From an uncultured archaeon (GTDB taxonomy: Archaea > Altiarchaeota > Altiarchaeia > IMC4 > QMZM01): a stretch of DNA of 41,173 nucleotides. Both the position numbers and the translations under genes were made by a program. The notes below the pieces were generated by a model, which saw only the letters and a program-made list of their open reading frames with translations, had not been told where the DNA came from and made no database searches. The DNA is taken from positions 1 through 41,173 of the forward strand of contig CAZQER010000002.1 in the NCBI GenBank assembly GCA_964592095.1. Reading direction: 5' to 3'. Within the stretch, counting starts at the first letter, position 1. Each line of letters starts with the position of its first letter. Of this stretch, positions 17,931-26,856 are shown piece by piece.

Positions 17931-19025
17931 TTATTCTACTTTAAATCTCAAAATTGCTGCCTTTCCACCGAATGTATTCCATAATTGAAATCCTTCCTCA
18001 AAGTCATCAGAAACTATATCTACCTCTGTATTTGTATCCTTAGCCTTCTGATAGAGTTTGTCTATCGTTTCATCATCAAGATTTTCAGATATCAATAATA
18101 TATCAACTGCACCCATATCCAATGCCTTATCAACATCATCACCATATGCAACACTCTCCTGAGATGAGACGAGACCCTTAAGAAATCTCTGCATATGTGT
18201 TTTGTGTCTTACCATCTGCACATTACTTAAAACATCCTTTGATTTATCTATCAATTCCCTGATGCCAGATTCATCTGTGTATGTAATATCCTGAACTGCA
18301 ATAATCTTCTTTTTCAACTCATGATTAAGATAATTACCCTCAACAAAATCATCCTTTGTCCCTGCAGGTCCTCCTATTATTATACCCTTTAAATCCTTGA
18401 AATTTTCCAGAAATATTTTATTAGAATGTTCACCCACTCTAACCTTAAATTCATGGGATTGCTCTCTAATCAATCTCTCAAATCTTCTATGAGACTGACC
18501 TCCAGCCCTATGCTTTCCAGTATATCCTGATGTAAGGTGTTTTAGTATAGTGTATCTGTTACCCTTCAATGTAGCAATTGTAGCCTCTTTATTATCTATT
18601 GCTATTAAACCATATACATCCTTTGGTTTTATTATCTCCTCCAATGGCTCTATTACAAACTCTTGGTCACATCTGTAGATTCTCACAGATATGGGTTCAG
18701 GGGGTTCAATTGACCATAATCTCAAATCCTGAACTCCTTCCTTCTCAGAAACATTTCCACAAAAAACAACGAGACCATTATCGGGTGTTTTTTTGAAAAG
18801 CCTTAAATGTTGTATTGTCTTCTCCAATGCATCTAATACATTCTTTCTTGTGGACTTGGATTTGATATTAGCTGCAGTTCCCTGTTCATCTACAAGTTGA
18901 TTAAGAACGTTGTTTATGTCATAACCTGCAGGTATATATATAGATATAAGCTCCGTGTGTCTTCCCTTTCTCCTCTTTAATTCATTTACAAGTCTCCTCA
19001 ACCTGTATTCATCCTTTGCTTCCAT
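17931..19025 (-). CDS. prf1: peptide chain release factor aRF1
   Basis: It has the NIKS codon-recognition motif (AANIKSKS) and the GGQ motif (HRAGGQSHRRFERL). The N-terminal YRLRRLVNEL...ELISIYIP is typical of aRF1. At 364 aa it is somewhat short for the family. Confidence 0.9.
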   Translation of the reverse strand: MEAKDEYRLRRLVNELKRRKGRHTELISIYIPAGYDINNVLNQLVDEQGTAANIKSKSTRKNVLDALEKTIQHLRLFKKTPDNGLVVFCGNVSEKEGVQDLRLWSIEPPEPISVRIYRCDQEFVIEPLEEIIKPKDVYGLIAIDNKEATIATLKGNRYTILKHLTSGYTGKHRAGGQSHRRFERLIREQSHEFKVRVGEHSNKIFLENFKDLKGIIIGGPAGTKDDFVEGNYLNHELKKKIIAVQDITYTDESGIRELIDKSKDVLSNVQMVRHKTHMQRFLKGLVSSQESVAYGDDVDKALDMGAVDILLISENLDDETIDKLYQKAKDTNTEVDIVSDDFEEGFQLWNTFGGKAAILRFKVE

Positions 19026-19860
19026 ATTTTATTTTTATAAATATTCTATCCAGATTAAACTCAAATGCAGTAATGGGTACTTCTAATCCAAAATTTTCTA
19101 TTACTATTGGATTTATTTCTCCAAAAAAACCAAAGCCTGTTCCAGCACACCTACCATCAATAAAGCTCCCATGTTCTAATTCTTTTATTTTATATTTTAC
19201 CCCGATATTATCAAGAAATCCAGTAACTATAGATTTTATTTCTGCATAGTTTGTTTTTGAATGAGCAATAGCAGCAGCTAATTTCATACTTTCATTTCCA
19301 TTTTGGTCTATGCAAAGTCCAGTCTCGAATATTCTTTGCGGATACTCCCTGTTCTTGTTATTTTCAAATACTGACATAAGAGATGGTAATAACCATGACC
19401 TTGCAACCGAATGTCTCAGAGATACTGGATTCTTTGTCTTTACCACATTCTCTCTTGATATATTCATTCTATCAAAAAGTTCATCCTCATTGGTCATAAT
19501 CAGGGTCATCACCTCCTGAAAATTAAAGCCAAGCATTAACTCCCTTACAGCTGAGTAAAATTTCTCAGATTTATCTTTTTCACCTATTGTGGACAGTTCT
19601 GGTATTTCTGGATTGAAATTATTATAGTTGTAAGCTATAGCCACATCCTCAACCAGATCTATGGGATGTAAGATGTCTGTTCTGTAGGCTGGGATTAAAA
19701 TCTCAAATTTATTATTATTTAATATTTTAACACCGAAACGCATCTTCTCCAATAATTTTTTGATATCTTTTAGTCCCAAATTTAAACCCAAGAGTTTATT
19801 TACATACCTTAAATCCAATTTCATCAATTTTGGTGAAAGATTGGGAGTTGTTGTTTCCAT
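19009..19860 (-). CDS. pheT: phenylalanyl-tRNA synthetase beta subunit, C-terminal half (B5 plus catalytic-like core)
   Basis: The 283 aa start at the B5 domain (LDLRYVNKLLGLNLGLKDIKKLLEKMRFG...ILIPAYRTDILHPIDLVEDVAIAYNYNNF). They continue through the class-II-like core to the normal C-terminus (EINPIVIENFGLEVPITAFEFNL). The B1-B3/4 region is absent here and is encoded at 34728-35522. Confidence 0.85.
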   Translation of the reverse strand: METTTPNLSPKLMKLDLRYVNKLLGLNLGLKDIKKLLEKMRFGVKILNNNKFEILIPAYRTDILHPIDLVEDVAIAYNYNNFNPEIPELSTIGEKDKSEKFYSAVRELMLGFNFQEVMTLIMTNEDELFDRMNISRENVVKTKNPVSLRHSVARSWLLPSLMSVFENNKNREYPQRIFETGLCIDQNGNESMKLAAAIAHSKTNYAEIKSIVTGFLDNIGVKYKIKELEHGSFIDGRCAGTGFGFFGEINPIVIENFGLEVPITAFEFNLDRIFIKIKYGSKG

Positions 19861-19946
19861 TTTGTATTTTTTGATATTTGTAGTATTTTATAGTATTGTA
19901 TTTGAAGTAGAAGGATAAAAGTAATACAATAAACAAATGGGATACA

Positions 19947-20660
19947 TCAATTATATTTTTCAATTTTATATACGATAACATCATTTGTTCTTGTATATAT
20001 TGAGTAATTGATCCTATCTGCTATTTCATCAATGGTATCTCCAAATATGACAAGATAATCAAAACCCTCTTGGATTTTGTTATTATTCAAATAACAAGAT
20101 ATATTTTGAATCTCACATGCTATACATTCTCCATTTTTTGATAATCCGTAATATGCATAGATTAGAAAGGGATACATAATAATTAGGAACAAGTTGGCCA
20201 AGCAAACAACCATACAGTTGTAATAATCAATATACCAAGATATTGTGAATGTCTCACATATTTATAAACACCATCTGTTACCAATTCACCATTTGAATAG
20301 TAAATCTTTTCCCATCCAGAAACAATTATAATCCGTGAAAATATTGTGAGTATGGCTGCTATCAGAGATGTCATTAAGAGATTATATGAACGACCTGTAA
20401 GGGAGAATGTAAATGCTATTGATGGTTCATTATATGTAGATGGAATATACAAAATGATGATAACAGATATATTGATAATGGAATGCCAAACATCTCGGTG
20501 AATAGTGCAACTATAAATGCTATGTAGATACTATGGGTTTTCTTCCATGAATACCCTTTGATTGGGTGAACCATCAAGAATATTATAAAAATTGAAAATA
20601 GGATTATATAGAAAAGAACAAGACTCCATTGATGTTTTATGATACTCTTAGTTGATTTTT
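19947..20660 (-). pseudogene. frameshifted PEMT/ICMT-like membrane methyltransferase
   Basis: Family-typical segments lie in three different frames. The first is ...ALFTEMFGIPLSIYLLSS (stop at 20418-20416). The second is ...ELVTDGVYKYVRHSQYLGILIITTVWLFAWPT (ORF 20183-20452). The third is LFLIIMYPFLIYAYYGLSK... (ORF 19947-20213). No ATG is visible at the expected N-terminus. Confidence 0.6.
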
Positions 20661-20805
20661 CCGAAATTGGAAAGCTTATGTTCTGAATGAAATATGAGCA
20701 ATGAAGATTATAATTATAAATATTATCAATGGATAGGGAATATATTTAAGTTTATATTTAAGTCTAATCCTCATTTTTCTCTTTTATTTTGTGAATATTG
20801 TGATA

Positions 20806-20878
20806 TGGGGCCGCCGAGATTTGAACTCGGGTTACCAGCGCCCCGGGCTGGAAGGATGCCAAGCTACCCTACGGCCCC
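20806..20878 (-). tRNA. tRNA-Pro (anticodon GGG)
   Basis: The reverse complement folds as acceptor GGGGCCG/CGGCCCC, anticodon arm CCAGC-CCGGGGC-GCTGG, T arm CCGAG-TTCAAAT-CTCGG and discriminator A. There is no encoded CCA. Position 33 appears to be C rather than U. Confidence 0.8.
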
Positions 20879-20987
20879 GAGATTTTATAAGATAATAATA
20901 ATTTCTAAGTAAAAATGTTACTGATAATCGGGCACTTTTAAAAATTTAGATGAAATATATAACATCGCACAAATAGATAAATGGTAG

Positions 20988-22688
20988 GTGATTTCGTTGA
21001 AAGGAGCAGAGGCAATCGTAAGGTGTCTGGAGGAGGAGGGGGTTGAGAATATATTTGGAATTCTTGGAGGAGCTATAATGGAGGTGTATGATGTTCTTTA
21101 TCATCATGGTCCGAGACATATATTAATGAGACATGAGCAGTGTGCTGCACATGCTGCAGAGGGATATGCGAGGGTTTCTGGTAAGGTTGGGGTCTGTATG
21201 GCAACCTCAGGTCCTGGAGCAACAAATCTTGTGACGGGTGTAGCAGATGCTCATATGGATTCCTCCCCTATTGTAGCATTTACCGGACAAGTTCCAAATC
21301 ATCTGATAGGCAATGATGCATTTCAAGAGGCTGATATTGTAGGAATCACCATGCCAATTACAAAACACAATTTCCAGATTACAGACCCTGATGATATCCC
21401 CGTAATAATAAAATCCGCATTCAAAATAGCCTCAACAAGAAGACCGGGTCCCGTTCTTGTTGATTTACCAAAGGATGTCCAACAGAGGGAATTAAAGAAA
21501 AAATTTTTATATCCGGATGATGTTGACATACCTGGTTATAAGGTAGTGAAGAGTGGTGGGCATGCAATACAGATTAAAGAGGCTGCAAAGGCATTGATGA
21601 GTGCTGAAAAACCAATAATACTTGCTGGCGGTGGTGTTATAATATCAAATGCGAGTAATGAGTTAATAAGACTGGCAGAATCACTATTGATACCTGTATG
21701 CACAACATTAATGGGAAAAGGCTCATTTCCAGAGACTCATCCATTATCTCTTGGAATGGCGGGAATGCACGGTAGAAAGGCAGCAAATTTGGCAATTTCT
21801 GAATGTGATTTGCTGTTTGCTGTTGGGTGTAGATTTTCAGATAGAATTACTGGTGATGTCAGATATTTTGCTGAAAATGCAAAAATAATCCATATTGACA
21901 TAGACCCATCAGAGATTGGCAAGAATGTTGATTCTAACATACCAATTGTAGGTGATGCCAAACTTGTTTTGAGGAATATTATAAACACCATAAATAAATT
22001 AAAATTAAAAGGAAAAACGAGAACTGAATGGAACAATAAGATAAAGAGGTATAAAAAGGAATTTGCACCAAAATATGACTTTGATGATATTCCCATAAAA
22101 CAGCAGAGGGTTATGAGAGAGATAAACAGGATTATTGATGATAAAACAATAATAACAACTGAGGTAGGTCAGTGCCAGATGTGGGCCGCTCACTATCTCA
22201 ATATAAAAAATCCAAGAACATTCATATCTTCTGGGGGATTAGGGACAATGGGTTCGGGATTTCCATTCGCTATTGGAGCAAAGGTTGCAAAACCCGATTA
22301 TAAGGTAATTGATGTTGGAAGTGATGGTAGTTTTTTAATGACTGGAAATGACTTGGCAACATGTGTTGAGGAGGACATTCCAGTAATTGCGGTATTACTA
22401 AATAATAGATATCTTGGAATGGTAAAGCAATGGCAGGATTTATTTTATGGTAAAAGGAGAAGCCATACATTCTTGGGAAATGTACCGGATTTTGTAAAGT
22501 ATGCAGAATCATTTAATGCTGGAGGAATTAGAATAGAAAAACCAAGTGAGATAAGAGATGCACTAAAAGAGGCACTAAAAGCAGATATTCCTTATGTACT
22601 GGATTTCCATATAGACCCCGATGAGCATGTTTTACCCATGATGCTCCCTGGTGGGAAGCTACATGAGATGATAGATGTAGAAAAATAG
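20988..22688 (+). CDS. ilvB: acetolactate synthase (AHAS) large subunit, TPP-dependent
   Basis: KGAEAIVRCLEEEGVENIFG, MRHEQCAAHAAEGYARVSGKVGVCMATSGPGATNLVTG and the TPP motif GSDGSF...LLNNRYLGMV are all present. The start is probably TTG at 20997 (MKGAEA...), which lies 4 nt after AGGTGAT. Confidence 0.85.
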   Translation: MISLKGAEAIVRCLEEEGVENIFGILGGAIMEVYDVLYHHGPRHILMRHEQCAAHAAEGYARVSGKVGVCMATSGPGATNLVTGVADAHMDSSPIVAFTGQVPNHLIGNDAFQEADIVGITMPITKHNFQITDPDDIPVIIKSAFKIASTRRPGPVLVDLPKDVQQRELKKKFLYPDDVDIPGYKVVKSGGHAIQIKEAAKALMSAEKPIILAGGGVIISNASNELIRLAESLLIPVCTTLMGKGSFPETHPLSLGMAGMHGRKAANLAISECDLLFAVGCRFSDRITGDVRYFAENAKIIHIDIDPSEIGKNVDSNIPIVGDAKLVLRNIINTINKLKLKGKTRTEWNNKIKRYKKEFAPKYDFDDIPIKQQRVMREINRIIDDKTIITTEVGQCQMWAAHYLNIKNPRTFISSGGLGTMGSGFPFAIGAKVAKPDYKVIDVGSDGSFLMTGNDLATCVEEDIPVIAVLLNNRYLGMVKQWQDLFYGKRRSHTFLGNVPDFVKYAESFNAGGIRIEKPSEIRDALKEALKADIPYVLDFHIDPDEHVLPMMLPGGKLHEMIDVEK

Positions 22689-22694
22689 ATTAAA

Positions 22695-23918
22695 GTGGAT
22701 GTCACAATACTGTTTATTCTAACAAGTATTACAGGGTTTTATATGGCTTGGAATATAGGTGCAAATGATGTTGCAAATTCGATGGGGACATCAGTTGGAA
22801 GTGGTGTTCTGAGTATAAGAAATGCTGTTATTGTTGCTTCCTTGCTTAATATTAGCGGTGCTGTGCTTGTTGGGAGTCATGTCACAGATACTATAAGGAA
22901 GGGTATTGTTAGTCCAGAGGCATTTTCCTCCAATCCAGGGGTATTTGCATATGGAGCGTTTGCAGCGTTGCTTGGTGCGGGATTATGGATTACTATAGCA
23001 ACACATCTACAACTTCCGATCTCAACAACGCATTCTATCGTGGGTGCAATAGTGGGTTTTGGATTGATATATGCGGGTTTTTCGGTGATAAATCTGCAAA
23101 AACTTTTCTTTATAATATTAAGTTGGATCATATCTCCAGTAGCGGGCGCTATTTTGTCGTTTATAATATTTAAAGAGATTGATAAATATGTACTTGATAC
23201 GGATACCCCATTTGAATCGGCTGAGAGGGTATTTCATTATATTGTTTTTATAGTATTTTTTGTTCTCAGTATTTCTATATTTTATAAGGGTCTCAGACTG
23301 AAACTTGGTATTCTGGATGTTATTTGCATCTCATTAGTGATTGGACTGATTGCTGGGATTATTGGAAATATTTTAATAAAGAGATATAAATTAAGAGTTA
23401 CTGACCAGTATGCAGCAGTTGAAAAGGTATTTGGAAAACTTCAGATAATATCTGCCTGTTGTGTTGCATTTGCACACGGCTCAAACGATGTTGCAAATGC
23501 TATAGGTCCTGTTGCAGCAATACTAAGCATAATAGAGACACATACATTTAAACCAGAGGTTCATGTTCCATTTGAATTGCTATTACTTGGTGGTATCGGA
23601 ATAGCAATAGGTATATTAACATGGGGGTACAAGGTGATGGAAACAATAGGTAAAAAGATAACTGAAATAACACCAACCAGAGGTTTTGCAGCAGAGTTTG
23701 GTGCAGCTGCCACTGTACTGGCATGCTCAAAGATGGGACTGCCAATATCAACCTCTCATACACTGGTTGGTTCTGTTATAGGGGTTGGATTTGCAAGGGG
23801 TATTACCGCATTAAATTTAAATGTAGTAAAGAATATTGTTGTCTCATGGATTGTTACTATACCGTTTGCTGCTTTATTCACAATGGTTATATATGAGATA
23901 TTAATTCATATTTTATAA
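22695..23918 (+). CDS. PiT family inorganic phosphate transporter
   Basis: The PiT signature is duplicated (GANDVANSMGTSVGSG and GSNDVANAIGPV). The protein is 407 aa and polytopic. The GTG start lies 6 nt after the ilvB stop. Confidence 0.9.
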   Translation: MDVTILFILTSITGFYMAWNIGANDVANSMGTSVGSGVLSIRNAVIVASLLNISGAVLVGSHVTDTIRKGIVSPEAFSSNPGVFAYGAFAALLGAGLWITIATHLQLPISTTHSIVGAIVGFGLIYAGFSVINLQKLFFIILSWIISPVAGAILSFIIFKEIDKYVLDTDTPFESAERVFHYIVFIVFFVLSISIFYKGLRLKLGILDVICISLVIGLIAGIIGNILIKRYKLRVTDQYAAVEKVFGKLQIISACCVAFAHGSNDVANAIGPVAAILSIIETHTFKPEVHVPFELLLLGGIGIAIGILTWGYKVMETIGKKITEITPTRGFAAEFGAAATVLACSKMGLPISTSHTLVGSVIGVGFARGITALNLNVVKNIVVSWIVTIPFAALFTMVIYEILIHIL

Positions 23919-23956
23919 AAAATATAAAAATATAAAATATTATAAAATTAAATAAA

Positions 23957-24637
23957 ATGGTTTATATACCGCCAATATTTAGGATTTTTGGAAAATCTCC
24001 ATTCGAACCACTATGTATGCATATATCAAAGGTTAAGGAGACTGTAGATTTGTTAAAGCCAGCAGTTGAGGCGTTTTTTGATGAGGATTTCAAAAAGGTG
24101 CAAAAACTTGCAGGTGAGATATCAAATCTTGAACATGAATGCGATATAATAAAAAATGATATAAGAAGTCATCTACCAAAGAGTATATTAATGCCTGTGG
24201 ATAGAGGGGACCTTCTTAGATTTCTCAAAGAGCAGGATTCCATGGCAGATACGGCAGAGGATGTAGCGATTATTATGACCCTCAGAGAAATCAGAGGTAT
24301 ACCAAAAGAAATCAAAGAAGGATTTATAAAATTAACAGATAAAGTGGTTGAATCTGCTGATGCAATTGAGGTTGCAGCCTCTGAGATAAATGAATTGATT
24401 GAATCCTCATTTAGCAGGATTGAAATAAATAAAATCATGAGGATAATACACAAAATCGATGAAAAGGAGTGGGAAGCAGACAGGATAGGAATAGAACTGG
24501 TAAAGGGTATATACAGACATGAGGATAAATTGAAATTTAAAACATGTTATTTGAAAGAATTGTCATACAGGATAGGAGAGATTGCCGACCATGCAGAAAA
24601 TGTTGGAGACCATCTTAGAGTGATGATGGCAAGATGA
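23957..24637 (+). CDS. DUF47 / TIGR00153-type PhoU-like phosphate transport regulator
   Basis: 226-aa helical protein immediately downstream of PiT, which is the canonical pairing. The N-terminal FGKSPFEPL...H and the C-terminal IGEIADHAENVGDHLRVM fit the family. Confidence 0.8.
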   Translation: MVYIPPIFRIFGKSPFEPLCMHISKVKETVDLLKPAVEAFFDEDFKKVQKLAGEISNLEHECDIIKNDIRSHLPKSILMPVDRGDLLRFLKEQDSMADTAEDVAIIMTLREIRGIPKEIKEGFIKLTDKVVESADAIEVAASEINELIESSFSRIEINKIMRIIHKIDEKEWEADRIGIELVKGIYRHEDKLKFKTCYLKELSYRIGEIADHAENVGDHLRVMMAR

Positions 24638-24700
24638 TATAGGAAAATATATAATAAAATTTTATTATAAATATATAAAATATATAGTATCTGACTATTA

Positions 24701-25147
24701 TCATACCTTTCTGGTTATATTCACATCCAAACCTTTTCTTGGGTCTACAGATTCAAAAACAAGAATATAATTACCTTCATGACACTCATCAGAACATATA
24801 CTTCCAGTTAAATTTCCTTTTGTTACGGCATATATATCTGTATATGAACTTCCTTTTGTTGAACCTATTGCCAATCTGAATAGTATTGTTTTCCCGGTAA
24901 TTGTTGTTTTTACTACATTATTCGGAATAAATATGCTTTTCTGTATTTTTGATGGATGACCGGTTACATAGATGAAATCTGCAGCCTCCCTTATACTCTC
25001 TACCGCAGTAGAAGCAGAACTTACACTAACCTGTATTGTGGATGTGTTGATCATGTTATTAACAACCAAAAGCACCGCAACAAGTACCACTAAGGAGATA
25101 CCAAGCATAATCATATACTCCAATGAAACCTGTGCCTTTTCCTTCAT
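24701..25147 (-). CDS. archaeal type IV pilin-like protein (class III signal peptide, DUF361-type)
   Basis: MKEKA/QVSLEYMIMLGISLVVLVAVLLVV has a short basic leader, Q at +1, E at +5 and a hydrophobic helix. It is a paralog of 39485-39928. Shared segments include DFIYVTGHPSK/DFVYVHGYPSK, SYTDIYAVTKGNLT/SYTDIYGVTRGNLT and GNYILVFE/GDYILVIE. Confidence 0.65.
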   Translation of the reverse strand: MKEKAQVSLEYMIMLGISLVVLVAVLLVVNNMINTSTIQVSVSSASTAVESIREAADFIYVTGHPSKIQKSIFIPNNVVKTTITGKTILFRLAIGSTKGSSYTDIYAVTKGNLTGSICSDECHEGNYILVFESVDPRKGLDVNITRKV

Positions 25148-25296
25148 TTAAATTACCTAAAGATATTACTAACTATTAAGGACTTTATATTTATTATTTT
25201 ATATGTTTCTATATTAAATTTAAATTAAATTTCTTATTAATTCCTATACCTATATATATAATGGGATTTATATGATGGTATTATAATTTTGACAGA

Positions 25297-25533
25297 GTGA
25301 ATAAGATGGAATATGAAACCATAAGAAGTGAGGACCTCAATTATGGAAAAAACAAATTCTTGGAGATATCCAAGAAAAAGGTTCTACCTGATGAGAATGT
25401 ATTTTTGAATATATCTAAGGGATATTATACACCAGATGGTGAGAAAAGATATCAAAGGGGTATTGGATTCCCTTGTGAGAAGGACTTTGTAGAGGAATTA
25501 ATCAAAAAATTGGGAAGTATGATGGAGGATTGA
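25297..25533 (+). CDS. small PC4/YdbC-like putative ssDNA-binding protein (tentative)
   Basis: At about 75 aa, the pattern NYGKNKFLEISKKKV...FLNISKGYYTPDGEKRYQRGIGFP resembles bacterial/archaeal PC4-like proteins. The true start is probably ATG at 25306. Confidence 0.4.
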   Translation: MNKMEYETIRSEDLNYGKNKFLEISKKKVLPDENVFLNISKGYYTPDGEKRYQRGIGFPCEKDFVEELIKKLGSMMED

Positions 25534-25650
25534 TAAAGGGACTAACCTGCAATACTAAATGTAAAAACAGATATCTTTATTAATTCTGTTGATATTGCAG
25601 AATATATAATGGAATAGTAGTAAAGTGGTAATGTAAATTTCAAAAGGAAA

Positions 25651-26856
25651 ATGAAATATACGGAGATAATTGAACTAAAGGGGCATATTATTGATTCTTT
25701 AATTCTTCCTAGGATTTTAGATACCATAATGGATATGAATGGTGATTTTGAGATACTGCAATTGGATGTAGGGAAAACAAAAACAGATGAAAGTTATTGC
25801 AGAATAAAGGTAGAAGGGACAAAGGAGTTGTTTGATGAATTAGAGATTTTAGGGGCGTTATTGCCAAAAAAGGAAGTAAAAACAAAACCAGCCCCCGCAG
25901 ATAATGTCTTACCAGATGATTTCTATGGAACGACCAATCATCCGACTTATGTTTATCTTAATGGAAAATGGATGCCTGTAAGGAATTTGGAGATGGATTG
26001 TGTTATTGTTATAGATGACAATAACAATCCCGTATGTAAAAGACAATGCCTCGTTAAGAAGGGTGATAGGGTTGTTGTTGGTTTGGATGGAATAAAGGTA
26101 GAGGCACCAGAAAGACCAAGAGAGCCGGAGGATATATTTGGATTTATGTTTTCAAAGATATCGGCAGAAAAACCCGTTAACTCATATATAAAGGATTTGG
26201 CATTAGAGATGAAAAAATTGAGGGATGATAAAAGGGCAATAGCACATGTTGTTGGTACTGCAATAGCACATACTGGAGCAGATGAGGCTTTTGCAGAACT
26301 GATAAGGATGGGTTATGTTCAGGTTGTGTTCACCGGTAATGGTTTTGCAACAATGGATATCGAAAAACAGCTCTATGGAACAACCTTGGGGATGGATAAG
26401 AAAACAGGTAGAGTTTTAAAAAGAGGGTATAAGAGCCATCTTATGGCAATTAATGAAATATGGAGGGCAGGTAGTATAAAGAATGCGGTAGAGAGGGATA
26501 TAATCAAAGGTGGTGTAATGTATGAATGTGTAAAGAATAATGTTCCTTATGTGATTGCCGGTTCTATTAGAGATGATGGTCCTTTACCTGATACCATTAC
26601 TGATGTAATGGTGGCTCAGGATGAAATGAGAAGGTATATACAAAATATAGATATGTGCATTATATATGCATCAATGCTACATGGAATTGCAGTAGGGAAT
26701 ATGCTTCCATCAAGGGTTAAAACAGTTGCAATAGATATCAATCCGTATGTGGTAACAAGACTTCAGGATAGAGGAACCACGCAGGCTCTCGGTTTGGTTA
26801 CAGACCCTGCGGTTTTATTACCCTTATTGGTTCAAGAAATCAAGAAAAATAAATGA
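25651..26856 (+). CDS. LOR/SDH-domain protein of the TIGR00300 family (candidate archaeal ornithine cyclodeaminase-type enzyme)
   Basis: 401 aa. An N-terminal small regulatory-like domain (IELKGHIIDSLILPRILD) is followed by a Rossmann-like region (VVGTAIAHTGA...VFTGNGFATMD). It overlaps the next gene by 4 nt (ATGA). Confidence 0.6.
   Translation: MKYTEIIELKGHIIDSLILPRILDTIMDMNGDFEILQLDVGKTKTDESYCRIKVEGTKELFDELEILGALLPKKEVKTKPAPADNVLPDDFYGTTNHPTYVYLNGKWMPVRNLEMDCVIVIDDNNNPVCKRQCLVKKGDRVVVGLDGIKVEAPERPREPEDIFGFMFSKISAEKPVNSYIKDLALEMKKLRDDKRAIAHVVGTAIAHTGADEAFAELIRMGYVQVVFTGNGFATMDIEKQLYGTTLGMDKKTGRVLKRGYKSHLMAINEIWRAGSIKNAVERDIIKGGVMYECVKNNVPYVIAGSIRDDGPLPDTITDVMVAQDEMRRYIQNIDMCIIYASMLHGIAVGNMLPSRVKTVAIDINPYVVTRLQDRGTTQALGLVTDPAVLLPLLVQEIKKNK

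Noticed and set aside
20694-20912. 72-aa plus-strand ORF
   Set aside because: It runs straight through the minus-strand tRNA-Pro gene. Its GC-rich middle (GPPRFELGLPAPRAGRMPSYPTAPR) is just the tRNA read as protein.
24650-24669. 20-bp pure A/T palindrome (TATAATAAAATTTTATTATA) between convergent genes, considered as a bidirectional terminator
   Set aside because: It is composed only of A and T in an AT-rich spacer, so its information content and hairpin stability are very low. It is not reported as a feature.
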